64,000 nucleotides of DNA from an uncultured Bacteroidales bacterium (GTDB lineage: Bacteria; Bacteroidota; Bacteroidia; Bacteroidales; VadinHA17), in assembly GCA_963831855.1 (NCBI GenBank), contig CAWHSA010000004.1, positions 194,475-258,474 on the forward strand, in the 5' to 3' direction. Positions 28,460 through 38,710 of the stretch are shown here, one piece after another; position 1 is the stretch's first letter; every line of letters begins with the position of its first letter. The translations under genes were made by a program, and so were the position numbers. Under the pieces are notes generated by a model, which made no database searches, was not told where the DNA came from, and was given only the letters and a program-made list of their open reading frames with translations.

Positions 28460-30148
28460 TTATTTTATTTCCCCGTTTGCTGCTTCCCATAGTTGCAGAT
28501 AACCAAGCTTGATAATATCCAGCATCTTATTCCAGTTTACGAGGCTCACCTGGTCCGAAGGCTGGTGGTAATCCGGATGCATTGCCGCCATCCAGGCAAT
28601 AACGGGTATTTTATTTTCGGTAAATGCCGTATAGTCGCTGCCGCCGGTCGGCGCTTCCTGATTTCTTATGGTAAGATTGAGATTAAGTTTAAACTGTGAT
28701 AGATTAACTTTGGTTATCTCTTCCAGCTTTGGATATGCTTTTGTATAAGTAATACCTGCCATATTTTTTGCCGTATCGCTGGCGACATCCCTGGCTATCA
28801 TATCAAAATTCATATAGAATTTTACGTTGGAAATTTTACCAACAGCAGGATACCTGGTATAGTATTCGGATCCATAAAGTCCTTTTTCCTCTCCTGTCCA
28901 GGCACAGAATACGACACTCCTCTTTGGCTTTATTCCGCTGGCAGCAAATGCTTTGGCAATGGTGGTTACAGCAACAACTCCGGAAGCATTGTCGTCGGCT
29001 CCGTTCCATAACTTGCCGTTATCCATTCCCATATGGTCGAGATGAGCACCTGTGACAACAATCTCATCGGGGTTTTCACCTTCAATCATTGCAACAACAT
29101 TCCTGACATTTATTCTTCTTGATTTTATATTAACATTCATAAGTAAGCTTAATCCCGGCAGAGTTACAGGCTTGAATTTCAATGTACCCGTTGCTGCATC
29201 CTTTTCAAATTTTGAAGGATCTATTCCGCTCTCCTTCAATAACAGGTTAATTACTTTCTGCGTGACCGATATATTTAAAGGGGTAGCAGTTACCTCATTG
29301 CCGTCAATCCTCATGCTGGTCCAGTTGGTTCTGGTATTGCTTTCGGCAGGCGACATGTTGATATCGAATTTGTAGACACCCCATCTTTTGGTTAAATCCG
29401 ATGAAAAGGAGACATCCGTGATGTCAATAACACCAAGTATTCCCTTGTCATTCAGGGTATTATTCTTGTTCCTGGATATTTCAATTACATTGCGCGGATT
29501 ATTACCTGCAAGCTTTTTATACATAACAGAATTCGGATCCTTCATCCCGGGAAAACCCGATAATCTGAGAATAATTTTCCCCTTCAGATCCACTCCTGCC
29601 AGATCGTCTATCCCTTTCTCCTTATCAACCAGACCGTATCCCACAAATACAACCGGAGCTTCAAATTTCTGGCTCACTGCTGGTCTTCCTGCCGTGAAAT
29701 CGACTCCTTCTTCAAAAGTATATTCATTCCCGCCTTTTCTGACTGTCATTGAAGATGTTCCGCCAGGCAGATTTTCGATAAGTGTGAAATTCTGAAAATA
29801 TGACTTTGGTGGTATCTGAGGAGCACTTCCGGACCCGGCGGGACCGGTTGGAGAGATATAAACAATCCTTCCTGACCTGCCTATAGATTCGGGATCACCG
29901 GCGGGAGAAGCACCAAATATCTTTAACATGCTTGCCACATAATCAGCAGCCAGGTAATAACCTTTTTCACCGGTTCCTCTTCCTTCAGTCCAGTCCGATG
30001 CAAGAAACTCGAGCTGTCCTTTAATCGCATTAAGCGTGATTGCTTCCAGTCCTTTTTCTTTAGGGCTGTTTTGACCTGTCACAAATGGTGCAGAAACCAT
30101 AGACAATAACAGGATTACCAGAAATTTACTTTTCATTTGATATGACAT
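28460..30148 (-). CDS. M28-family aminopeptidase with PA (protease-associated) domain, secreted
   Basis: 562 aa with a signal peptide. Metal-binding motifs are HLDHMG, ADDNASG and EEKGLYGS, plus a late HQPSD motif. Confidence 0.8.
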   Translation of the reverse strand: MSYQMKSKFLVILLLSMVSAPFVTGQNSPKEKGLEAITLNAIKGQLEFLASDWTEGRGTGEKGYYLAADYVASMLKIFGASPAGDPESIGRSGRIVYISPTGPAGSGSAPQIPPKSYFQNFTLIENLPGGTSSMTVRKGGNEYTFEEGVDFTAGRPAVSQKFEAPVVFVGYGLVDKEKGIDDLAGVDLKGKIILRLSGFPGMKDPNSVMYKKLAGNNPRNVIEISRNKNNTLNDKGILGVIDITDVSFSSDLTKRWGVYKFDINMSPAESNTRTNWTSMRIDGNEVTATPLNISVTQKVINLLLKESGIDPSKFEKDAATGTLKFKPVTLPGLSLLMNVNIKSRRINVRNVVAMIEGENPDEIVVTGAHLDHMGMDNGKLWNGADDNASGVVAVTTIAKAFAASGIKPKRSVVFCAWTGEEKGLYGSEYYTRYPAVGKISNVKFYMNFDMIARDVASDTAKNMAGITYTKAYPKLEEITKVNLSQFKLNLNLTIRNQEAPTGGSDYTAFTENKIPVIAWMAAMHPDYHQPSDQVSLVNWNKMLDIIKLGYLQLWEAANGEIK

Positions 30149-30432
30149 TTGGAATTTTCAGAATAATATTTGGTCTAAATTAGATAATAATTAACACGGT
30201 GTATGAATCAGTCGATTGCTTAACATAATTTAACAATAGTGAATTTAAATTCCAGGAATTTCCAGACTTGTTTCGGCAATCAGAAAGATTATTTTGCCTC
30301 TGAATGCCCATGGGATGGCTTAAAAGATTCTTTCAAATGCAACCTTTTGACGGTATTTCCCGTTATATAAGAGATGTTTTAATTGACATAATTTACTAAC
30401 TAATTGAATCAGTGAAACTTAAAAATGAAATT

Positions 30433-31068
30433 ATGAAAAAATTACTAGTAATCCTCCTGGCTTTTTCTATTGCTCTACCAGCTATTTCGCAGATTAATTT
30501 TGGAATAAAAGCAGGATTGAGTACAACTTCAGTTACCATGGAAGACTTAAAAACCGTCACATCCGGCTCCACATCCTACACTGTACAAAAAATAAAAGGG
30601 GCAAATTACGGGTTCCATGGGGGGATATTCCTCAGACTGGGTATTTCAAAGCTTTATATACAGCCTGAAGTGCTTTTATCCACCAGGACCAATGACTACA
30701 ATATTACCAATGTCCAGAGTACATCCGTTACTCAGGTCAGTCAGAATTTGACTAAACTTGATGTTCCTGTGATGATAGGATTAAAATTCGGACCGTTGAG
30801 ATTAAATGCAGGTCCTGCAGCTTCTCTGCTCATTAACTCTCCAAAGGAATTAATAAGCGATCCTGACTTTAAATCAATGTATGCAAACATGACGGTTGGT
30901 TACCAGGCCGGACTTGGACTTGATATTCTTAAGAAACTGACAATTGACCTGAGGTATGAGGGAAGCCTCAAGAAATACCAGAACCAGATCGAAAATGCAA
31001 TCGGAACAAAAGTTAATCTTGATGACAGACCAAATGCATTCCTTTTGAGTGTCGGTCTGATGTTTTAA
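30433..31068 (+). CDS. Small outer-membrane beta-barrel protein (OMP_b-brl_2 / PorT-like family)
   Basis: Has a signal peptide MKKLLVILLAFSIALPAISQ, the GIKAGLS motif, alternating strands and a terminal Phe. The start is taken at the internal ATG rather than the GTG at 30412. Confidence 0.7.
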   Translation: MKKLLVILLAFSIALPAISQINFGIKAGLSTTSVTMEDLKTVTSGSTSYTVQKIKGANYGFHGGIFLRLGISKLYIQPEVLLSTRTNDYNITNVQSTSVTQVSQNLTKLDVPVMIGLKFGPLRLNAGPAASLLINSPKELISDPDFKSMYANMTVGYQAGLGLDILKKLTIDLRYEGSLKKYQNQIENAIGTKVNLDDRPNAFLLSVGLMF

Positions 31069-31127
31069 GCAGAACTATTAAATAATACCGGAAAAGGGTT
31101 ATCCCGCATCTGCGGAATGGCCCTTTT

Positions 31128-31508
31128 TCATTTCGAGAACAACATCCTGGCGGCAACCAGCAGGAGAAGCACTGCGAAAATCTTCTTGAGTACTGCCTGG
31201 GGAAGGTTGAGTGCAAATTTAGAGCCGATATATGACCCGATAATAAAAGCGGCCGCCAGGATAAGTGCAAACTTTATGTTCACCTGTCCTGCTTTCCAGT
31301 AATTGTATGCTGCGAAAATTCCGATGGGCGGCAGCATTACAGCAAGACTTGTTCCCTGTGCCATCTGCTGGCTTAATCCCATGATGAATACCAGGCCCGG
31401 TATCATAATTATTGCCCCGCCAATGCCGAGCATCCCGGCCATTATCCCGGTTACTATTCCTATAATTAGGAGTATAAGAAGCATTGTAACAGACATATCG
31501 TTTTTCAT
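31128..31508 (-). CDS. TauE/SafE-family anion exporter, half-size (4 TM)
   Basis: 126 aa with 4 hydrophobic helices and a GMLGIGGAIIMIP motif typical of TauE/SafE repeats. Confidence 0.65.
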   Translation of the reverse strand: MKNDMSVTMLLILLIIGIVTGIMAGMLGIGGAIIMIPGLVFIMGLSQQMAQGTSLAVMLPPIGIFAAYNYWKAGQVNIKFALILAAAFIIGSYIGSKFALNLPQAVLKKIFAVLLLLVAARMLFSK

Positions 31509-31681
31509 TTTATTTAATACTTTTCTCTCTGATAGTTGTAAAAATAGGAATTAATCCTGAAATCGAAAGCAGAATATTATTAATGAAGGATATGATCTGT
31601 CTGGCAGATTTGTGCGTTGTTTTTAATACACTAATTTGTTCCTGAAGACAATCTGAGTAAATTTGCATTCTGATTTAAACG

Positions 31682-32713
31682 ATGAAAAGCAGAAAACTCA
31701 TATATCTTGTTTCTTTGTCTGGTCTGATTGCGTTTATCTGCATTTACCTTATTTATAGGATTATACTTGGTTTTAACATCAAACCCGGAACCGCAAAATC
31801 TGTCATTTATATACCCGATGGTTCGACCTATATCCAGGCAATGGATTCTGTGAGCGCGCATTTGCAGATCAGGAATGTCAGGATCTTTCGATGGATCGCC
31901 CAAAAGAAAAAATATCCTGCCCGTGTAAAACCCGGCCGGTATGTCATAGAGAATGAAATGAGCTATAATGGTCTGATTAACCTTCTCAGATCCGGCAGGC
32001 AAACCCCTGTGAATATTACATTCAACAATATCCGGACTCTAAATGAATTAGCCGGGAAATTAGGAAAGCAAATAAGTGCTGATTCTTTGCAGATCCTTGA
32101 TTTTCTTTCTGCCCCTGCCAATTATTCAAATGAAGGTTTTACACGTGAAAACGTTATTGCACTTTTTATTCCAAACACTTATCAGTTTTTCTGGAACACA
32201 TCGGCTAAAGATTTATATTCCCGGATGCTCAGGGAATATAAGAAATTCTGGGACGAAGACCGGTTATCAAAAGCTAAGAATGAAAACCTGGATCCGATAG
32301 AGGTTGCAATACTTGCTTCAATTGTGGATGATGAAGTGGTAAAGGCGGAAGAAAAACCCCGTATTGCAGGTGTTTATCTGAACCGGCTGAAAAGGGGCAT
32401 TCCCCTCCAGGCATGTCCGACAATTAAATTTGCCCTGAATGATTTTACAATTACCAGAGTGCTTGATAAATACCTCGAGGTCGATTCACCCTACAATACA
32501 TATAAGCACAGGGGATTTCCTCCCGGACCGATAGGATGTCCAACTATTGAAGGAATTGATGCAGTTCTGAATGCTGAAAAACATGATTATCTTTATTTTG
32601 CAGCAAAAGCTGACTTCTCAGGCTATCATAACTTCTCAAGAACTCTTGCAGAACATAACAGGTATGCATCTTTATACCAGAAGGAATTGAATAAAAGGAA
32701 AATATTCAGGTGA
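31682..32713 (+). CDS. mltG: Endolytic murein transglycosylase
   Basis: 343 aa with an N-terminal anchor. Has YceG-like motifs ASIVDDE, GVYLNRL and SPYNTYKHRGFPPGPI. Confidence 0.85.
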   Translation: MKSRKLIYLVSLSGLIAFICIYLIYRIILGFNIKPGTAKSVIYIPDGSTYIQAMDSVSAHLQIRNVRIFRWIAQKKKYPARVKPGRYVIENEMSYNGLINLLRSGRQTPVNITFNNIRTLNELAGKLGKQISADSLQILDFLSAPANYSNEGFTRENVIALFIPNTYQFFWNTSAKDLYSRMLREYKKFWDEDRLSKAKNENLDPIEVAILASIVDDEVVKAEEKPRIAGVYLNRLKRGIPLQACPTIKFALNDFTITRVLDKYLEVDSPYNTYKHRGFPPGPIGCPTIEGIDAVLNAEKHDYLYFAAKADFSGYHNFSRTLAEHNRYASLYQKELNKRKIFR

Positions 32714-33725
32714 GCCCGATTACTTCAACTTCACGTTCAAGCATTACTCCGAATTTTTCAAAAACTGAAATCCTTATTTTTTCAGAAAGATCGAAGATCT
32801 CTCTGCCGCTGGCAGTGCCATAATTTACCAGTACAAGGGCCTGTTTTTCATGGATTCCCGCATCACCTGTTCTTTTACCTTTCCATCCGCACTGTTCAAT
32901 CATCCAACCGGCTGCCAGCTTTATGCCCCCCGAAGGATCTTCATAGAAAGGTACCTCCGGATGCTGGCTTTTAATCCTTTCTGAATCACGTCTGCTGACA
33001 ACAGGATTTTTGAAGAAGCTGCCGGCATTTCCTAAAGTTTTGGGATCAGGTAATTTATTGTTCCTGATATTGATAACTGCCTGTCTTACAGCTTTGATAT
33101 TAACTGACCTTGTTTTGTTCAGCTCCTCCCGCAGTGACCCATAATCAAGATTAAAGGATGGATTGGTCTTTAGCTTAAACCATACGCGGGTAACAAGAAA
33201 ACGCCCTTTTTCAGTGTTTTTGAAAATGCTGTTCCGGTATCCGAATCCGCAGTCATCGTTGCTGAATGTATGGAGTGAACCATCTTCAGTACTGATAGTT
33301 CTGACTCTTTCAATAGTATCTTTCACTTCGGCACCATATGCTCCTATATTCTGAACAGGTGCGGCTCCAACCAGCCCCGGGATAAGTGAAAGGTTTTCCA
33401 GTCCCCCAAAATCCCTTTCCACACACCACTCGACCAGATTATCCCAGACTATTCCAGCTCCGGCTGAAACAATAACAAAATCTCCTTCCTGCCTTTCAAT
33501 TCTTACACTCCTGAAGTCAGGATAAATGATTGTACCATGGTAATTACCAATAAAAAGAATGTTACTTCCGCTACCTAGTATCAATACAGGCTTCTTAAAT
33601 GGTAAAATACCTCTGAATAAATTTTTTGCTTCTTTTTCACTCCTCAGACGGATTATACAATCAGCCGAATAATCAACTCCGAATGTGTTATAACCTCTGA
33701 GGGAAATGTTTTTCCGGACCAGCAT
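32706..33725 (-). CDS. murB: UDP-N-acetylenolpyruvoylglucosamine reductase
   Basis: 339 aa with an FAD-binding domain (LGSGSNILF, GLENLSLIPGLVGAAPVQNIGAYG) and the C-terminal MurB motif GSFFKNP. Confidence 0.9.
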   Translation of the reverse strand: MLVRKNISLRGYNTFGVDYSADCIIRLRSEKEAKNLFRGILPFKKPVLILGSGSNILFIGNYHGTIIYPDFRSVRIERQEGDFVIVSAGAGIVWDNLVEWCVERDFGGLENLSLIPGLVGAAPVQNIGAYGAEVKDTIERVRTISTEDGSLHTFSNDDCGFGYRNSIFKNTEKGRFLVTRVWFKLKTNPSFNLDYGSLREELNKTRSVNIKAVRQAVINIRNNKLPDPKTLGNAGSFFKNPVVSRRDSERIKSQHPEVPFYEDPSGGIKLAAGWMIEQCGWKGKRTGDAGIHEKQALVLVNYGTASGREIFDLSEKIRISVFEKFGVMLEREVEVIGLT

Positions 33726-33846
33726 TCAATTTTTTATGTAAAAGTACATAAACCACCCAGAACTTTAAAATTGTCCTTTTACCATATCCTGTTTTGATTT
33801 ACATGCGACTTGCGTGACCTGAACGACTTTTTCCTATTTTTGTTCT

Positions 33847-34986
33847 ATGCCAGCCACCAATAAAACCAGGGTCGCTTTCTCCGTTACAAACTGCATTTGC
33901 TTTGATCAGAGAGTGCTGAAGATAGCAGAGACTGTAAGTCAGCTGGATTGCAGCATCACAATAATCGGAAGAGAACTGGACAATTGCCCTCATGACATAA
34001 CAGTCCCATTTAATACGAAAAGATTCAGAATGTTTTTCAAACGCGGATTTCTGTTTTACAAATTTTTCAATATCCGCCTTTTCTTCTACCTGCTTTTTCA
34101 CAAATTTGACCTTCTTGTTGCAAACGATCTTGATACTTTGCCTGCTAATTTTATTGTTTCAAAACTTAAGAACCTGCCGCTCGTATTTGACGCTCATGAA
34201 TATTTTACAGGAGTTCCGGAATTAAATGGCAGAACTTTCGTGAAATGGGTTTGGAAAAGCATCGAAAGGATAATTTTCCCCCACCTTCAATATACAATGA
34301 CTGTAAGTGACTCAATAGCAGTACAGTATGTAAAGGAATATGCAATTAAACCAGTAGTTGTCAGGAACTGCTCAAAAACTTCATCAGATATTTTGGCTAT
34401 TTCACGGTATGACCTTGGAATAAATAAAGATGATATCCTCCTGGTATTTCAGGGAGGCGGAATAAACATAGATAAAGGAGGAGAAGAGCTTATCGAAGCG
34501 ATCAGGATCACCGAAAATGTATCATTAATAATTATTGGTTCTGGCGACGTGTTACCGTCATTAAAAAAAATGGTTTATGATCTTAATCTTTCAGGCAGAA
34601 TAAAATTCTTCCCAAAAATGCCATGGTCCGAAATGATGAGATATACAAAATCTGCTGACGCGGGTCTTTGTCTTGAAAAGGATACAAATCTTAATTACCG
34701 GTACAGCCTGCCAAATAAGCTTTTTGATTATATTTCAGCTGGAATACCAGTCATTGCCACCGGCCTTCCTGAGATAAAAAAAGTTGTCGGGGGATACAAT
34801 TGTGGAATCGTAATTCAGGAAATTAAGCCGGAGGAAATAAGTGCAGCTATTAAAAGACTTGCCGGCAATCGTGAACTTCTCAACACGCTAAAACAGAATG
34901 CTATTAGGGCTTCCGGAACTCTCAATTGGGAATATGAAAGTAAAAAGGTAATAAATTTCTATAAGGAAGTTCTGAAATGGGATTAA
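33847..34986 (+). CDS. Glycosyltransferase family 4 (GT-B fold)
   Basis: 379 aa. The C-terminal half carries an EX7E-like region (LPNKLFDYISAGIPVIAT) typical of GT4 enzymes. Confidence 0.7.
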   Translation: MPATNKTRVAFSVTNCICFDQRVLKIAETVSQLDCSITIIGRELDNCPHDITVPFNTKRFRMFFKRGFLFYKFFNIRLFFYLLFHKFDLLVANDLDTLPANFIVSKLKNLPLVFDAHEYFTGVPELNGRTFVKWVWKSIERIIFPHLQYTMTVSDSIAVQYVKEYAIKPVVVRNCSKTSSDILAISRYDLGINKDDILLVFQGGGINIDKGGEELIEAIRITENVSLIIIGSGDVLPSLKKMVYDLNLSGRIKFFPKMPWSEMMRYTKSADAGLCLEKDTNLNYRYSLPNKLFDYISAGIPVIATGLPEIKKVVGGYNCGIVIQEIKPEEISAAIKRLAGNRELLNTLKQNAIRASGTLNWEYESKKVINFYKEVLKWD

Positions 34987-35059
34987 AGATTCCCTCTGTC
35001 TAAAAAAATATTATTTTGCAGGTAATTAATATGATCCCTTAATACCTAAAACTCTCATT

Positions 35060-36544
35060 ATGAAAAGCAATCGTCGTGATTTTCTCAGGACCACAACATT
35101 TGCCGGGGCAGGTGCTTTGGCAGGTAGTATGATCTCCGGCTGCGCTCAGAAGGAAGCGGTATCAAATCTTGCAGGGATTCTTGAGGCTGTAAGAAAAACT
35201 CATTCTCCGCGATTTAACATGTCAGGATATGCTGCCCCGGCCCTCCCTGTTGTGAGAGTAGGCATCATAGGTCTTGGCGACAGGGGCGGTGAGGCTGTGA
35301 AACGGCTTACAAATATTGAAGGCGTCGAGATCAAGGCCCTTTGTGATAAACGGGAAGTTGCAGTTAAAGAATCACAAAAATATCTGCTGAGCATCGGACA
35401 TCCTGATGCACTGGAATTTTTCGGAGGCGAAGATGAATGGAAGAAGCTTATAGAACTACCTGATCTAGACCTGATTTATACATGCACCCCGTGGATTCTT
35501 CATACTCCCATTTGTGTTTATGCTATGGATCATGGAAAACATGCTGCGTCAGAAGTTCCCATTGCCAGGACCATTGATGAAGCATGGCAGCTGGTTGAGA
35601 CATCGGAAAGGACAAAGAAACATTGTATGATGCTCGAAAATTGCTGCTACGATTTCTTTGAGCTTCTTACTCTTAATATGGCCAGGCAGGGGATGTTTGG
35701 TGATATCATCCATGGTGAAGGTGCATATATTCATAACCTTCTTGGAATGAATTTTAAAAAACCAATTGACAATATCCAGGTCGACGGTGCATATACTGAT
35801 ATGTGGAGGCTGAAAGAAAATGCAACCAGGAACGGCAACCTTTACCCGACTCATGGACTTGGCCCTGTCTGCCAGGCTCTTAACATCAACCGGGGCGACA
35901 GAATGGAATATCTTTCTTCTGTATCAACAAAAGATTTTACCATGGCAGTTAAAGAAAAAGAGCTGGATGCATCAGATCCCTTTTATGATCTTTGGAAAAA
36001 TTCAGGGTTCAGAGGTAACTTCAATACCACGATTATAAGGTCGGCACTTGGGAAATCCATTATGATTCAGCACGATGTTTCCTCTTCACACCCATATTCA
36101 AGAATACACCTGGTCAAAGGGACCAGGGGAATGGCTGTTAAATACCCGAAACAGCTGATTGCACTTGGCGAAGTCTGGCTCAAAGAGGAGGATATGGCAA
36201 ACCTCTGGTCAGAGCATACACCCGAGATAGTAAAAAGGGTAGGAGAGATGGCTAAAAAAGTTGGCGGACACGGTGGGATGGACTTTATTATGGACTGGCG
36301 CCTTATTGATTGTCTGAGAAACGGTCTGCCTCTCGACCAGGATGTTTATGATGGTGCGGCATGGAGCTCAGTGGCTCCGTTAAGTGAATGGTCGGTGGCA
36401 AACAATTCTCAATCAATAGAAGTGCCCGATTTCACCGGGGGTTCATGGAAGATAAATAAGCCTCACGGAATAAATCTGGAGACAGGAGGAACAACTGCGT
36501 TTGTGGAAGTCAAAAAAGCTGAACTGCAGCCGGAGGAAAAATGA
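35060..36544 (+). CDS. Gfo/Idh/MocA-family NAD-dependent enzyme with Tat signal (GH109-like)
   Basis: 494 aa with the twin-arginine signal SNRRDFLRTTTFAGAGALAG and a lipobox-like ISGC. Also has the Rossmann motif VGIIGLGDRGG. This architecture is typical of GH109 alpha-N-acetylgalactosaminidase-like proteins. Confidence 0.7.
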   Translation: MKSNRRDFLRTTTFAGAGALAGSMISGCAQKEAVSNLAGILEAVRKTHSPRFNMSGYAAPALPVVRVGIIGLGDRGGEAVKRLTNIEGVEIKALCDKREVAVKESQKYLLSIGHPDALEFFGGEDEWKKLIELPDLDLIYTCTPWILHTPICVYAMDHGKHAASEVPIARTIDEAWQLVETSERTKKHCMMLENCCYDFFELLTLNMARQGMFGDIIHGEGAYIHNLLGMNFKKPIDNIQVDGAYTDMWRLKENATRNGNLYPTHGLGPVCQALNINRGDRMEYLSSVSTKDFTMAVKEKELDASDPFYDLWKNSGFRGNFNTTIIRSALGKSIMIQHDVSSSHPYSRIHLVKGTRGMAVKYPKQLIALGEVWLKEEDMANLWSEHTPEIVKRVGEMAKKVGGHGGMDFIMDWRLIDCLRNGLPLDQDVYDGAAWSSVAPLSEWSVANNSQSIEVPDFTGGSWKINKPHGINLETGGTTAFVEVKKAELQPEEK

Positions 36545-36671
36545 TCTCTTGTTGCTTGATGCTTGTTGATTGTCAATTAAATACGCAACTAATAAACAGC
36601 AACGAGGAACCGGGAAACAGGAACTTTATTGTAAAAAAGCAGTAAAAGTCTTCATTGGATAATTTATTTTT

Positions 36672-36679
36672 TACTTTTG
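36672..36679 (+). promoter_or_regulatory. Candidate Bacteroidota -7 promoter box (TAnnTTTG) for the Hyf/Ehr-like operon
   Basis: The sequence TACTTTTG lies about 35 nt upstream of the ATG at 36714. Confidence 0.3.
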
Positions 36680-36713
36680 CGGTCAAAATTTTTTGATCAG
36701 CGAAAATAAAAAA

Positions 36714-38708
36714 ATGTCGGGCGGTTTATTGTTTATCATAATTATCTCACTATCTCTTCCGGTTTTCTTCGTTCCAGGATCTCTGAAATACTACTACTCT
36801 CTCTTAATACTTGCCGGTGGAATTGGTTTGACTTCTATATGGTCATTTAATGTCCTTTCCGGTAGTATCGGTATTGCCGATTCAAAATTACTGATACCGT
36901 TAATTCATAATAACTTTATTCTGGCGATCGACAGGTTATCAGCATTTTTCCTGATAGTAATTAACATAACCGTTTTTGCCGGTTTCCTCTATGCCAGGGG
37001 ATACCTTCAGCCTTTCATTAAAACTAAAACACCGCTTCATTTCTCAATCCATTACTTCTCTTATCTGTGGCTTTATTTTTCGATGATTCTGGTCGTGATG
37101 ATCCGTAACGGACTCCCGTTTCTTATTGTCTGGGAAATTATGGCTCTCTCTTCATTCCTGCTGGTGATCTTTGATGCGGAGGAAAGGACTATTATGAAAA
37201 CAGGTATAGCCTATCTGATTCAGATGCATGCCGGTATGTTCTTTATTCTTGCAGCCTTCCTGATAGTGGATAAAGCAACAGGGAAAATGAGTTTTGATAC
37301 TCTGAATCTGTATTTTTCGAATCATTCAAATATTCTGATATTCATTCTCTTTTTTATAGGATTCGGTCTTAAGGCAGGATTCATACCCTTGCATACATGG
37401 CTTCCTGAAGCGCATCCGGCAGCTCCTTCACATGTTTCAGGAGTAATGTCAGGAGTAATGATAAAAATGGGCATATATGGAATCCTTAGGGTTCTGATAC
37501 AGGTTCAGAGCGATATGCTGCTGATCGGTGTTACCATACTGATAATTTCCCTGTTTTCAGGAGTTCTCGGGGTCATGATGGCTATTGTTCAACACGATCT
37601 GAAACGTTTACTGGCTTACCATAGCATTGAGAATATAGGTATTATAGGAATCGGAACAGGTCTTGGAATGGTGGGTCTTTCTGCAGAAAATAATGCATTG
37701 ACCCTACTTGGATTCAGCGGAAGCCTGCTTCATGTATTCAATCATTCACTTTTCAAATCACTCCTTTTTTTCAGTGCCGGATCAGTTTACAAAGCTACTC
37801 ATACGAGAAATATTGAACAACTCGGCGGGCTTATGAAAAATATGCCCTGGACATCAGGGTTGTTCCTTATCGGTTCCCTTGCAATATGCGGCCTTCCCCC
37901 ATTTAATGGCTTTATTTCGGAGTACCTGTTATACCTGGGGATGTTTAAAAGTCTTTCCGCTGCCAGCCTCTACCAGTCGATCCTGCTGTTATCAATGATC
38001 GTCGGACTTTCTCTTATCGGAGGACTTGCGCTTTTTTGTTTTACCAAAGCATTTGGGATTACTTTTCTGGGGTCACCACGATCAAAAAACGCTGCCGATG
38101 CAGTGGAAGTGACAAAAGATATGATATTACCCCAATTCATACTTGTTGCATTCATTGCAGCTGTAGGATTGGCTTCAGCTTTGTTTATCAGGCCTGTTTT
38201 TGGTATTGTGGTCCAGGCTTTTGGATTACCTGAATTATTAAATGGCTCAGGACCTTTCATAAATAACCTCACAAATATCAGTCTTATCAGTGGCATTTTT
38301 ATTGTTATGATTGTTATAATCCTGATATACAGATATATACATCTGAAATCCAGAAAGGTTGAAATCAGGTCCACCTGGGGCTGCGGGTATCCGGATACCA
38401 CATTCAGGCAGCAATATACAGCTACCTCTTATGCTTATAATTATAACCATCTGGCAAAACCTGTACTTCAGACCGGGAAGATCATGAATGACATCCGCGA
38501 GGATGAGATATTTCCCGAAAAAAGATCTTTCAGGTCACATAGCCCTGACATATTTAAAAAGCTTCTTGTTGATAAACCGGTAGATATTATTTCTGATCTG
38601 TTAAAGAAACTGGCAATAATGCAGACAGGAAAGATCCAGCATTATATATTATATGCATTTGTATTTATGCTTATTGTGTTATTGTTAACTTATTTAAAAG
38701 TTATCTGA
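36714..38708 (+). CDS. Antiporter-like membrane subunit, NuoL/HyfB/MrpA-like (EhrA-type)
   Basis: About 664 aa and polytopic. Has the motifs VWEIMALSSF, GLKAGFIPLHTWLPEAH, LAYHSIENIG and HSLFKSLLFF of the proton-conducting membrane transporter family. The longest ORF starts at a TTG at 36693; the ATG at 36714 is preferred. Confidence 0.8.
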   Translation: MSGGLLFIIIISLSLPVFFVPGSLKYYYSLLILAGGIGLTSIWSFNVLSGSIGIADSKLLIPLIHNNFILAIDRLSAFFLIVINITVFAGFLYARGYLQPFIKTKTPLHFSIHYFSYLWLYFSMILVVMIRNGLPFLIVWEIMALSSFLLVIFDAEERTIMKTGIAYLIQMHAGMFFILAAFLIVDKATGKMSFDTLNLYFSNHSNILIFILFFIGFGLKAGFIPLHTWLPEAHPAAPSHVSGVMSGVMIKMGIYGILRVLIQVQSDMLLIGVTILIISLFSGVLGVMMAIVQHDLKRLLAYHSIENIGIIGIGTGLGMVGLSAENNALTLLGFSGSLLHVFNHSLFKSLLFFSAGSVYKATHTRNIEQLGGLMKNMPWTSGLFLIGSLAICGLPPFNGFISEYLLYLGMFKSLSAASLYQSILLLSMIVGLSLIGGLALFCFTKAFGITFLGSPRSKNAADAVEVTKDMILPQFILVAFIAAVGLASALFIRPVFGIVVQAFGLPELLNGSGPFINNLTNISLISGIFIVMIVIILIYRYIHLKSRKVEIRSTWGCGYPDTTFRQQYTATSYAYNYNHLAKPVLQTGKIMNDIREDEIFPEKRSFRSHSPDIFKKLLVDKPVDIISDLLKKLAIMQTGKIQHYILYAFVFMLIVLLLTYLKVI

Positions 38709-38710
38709 TT

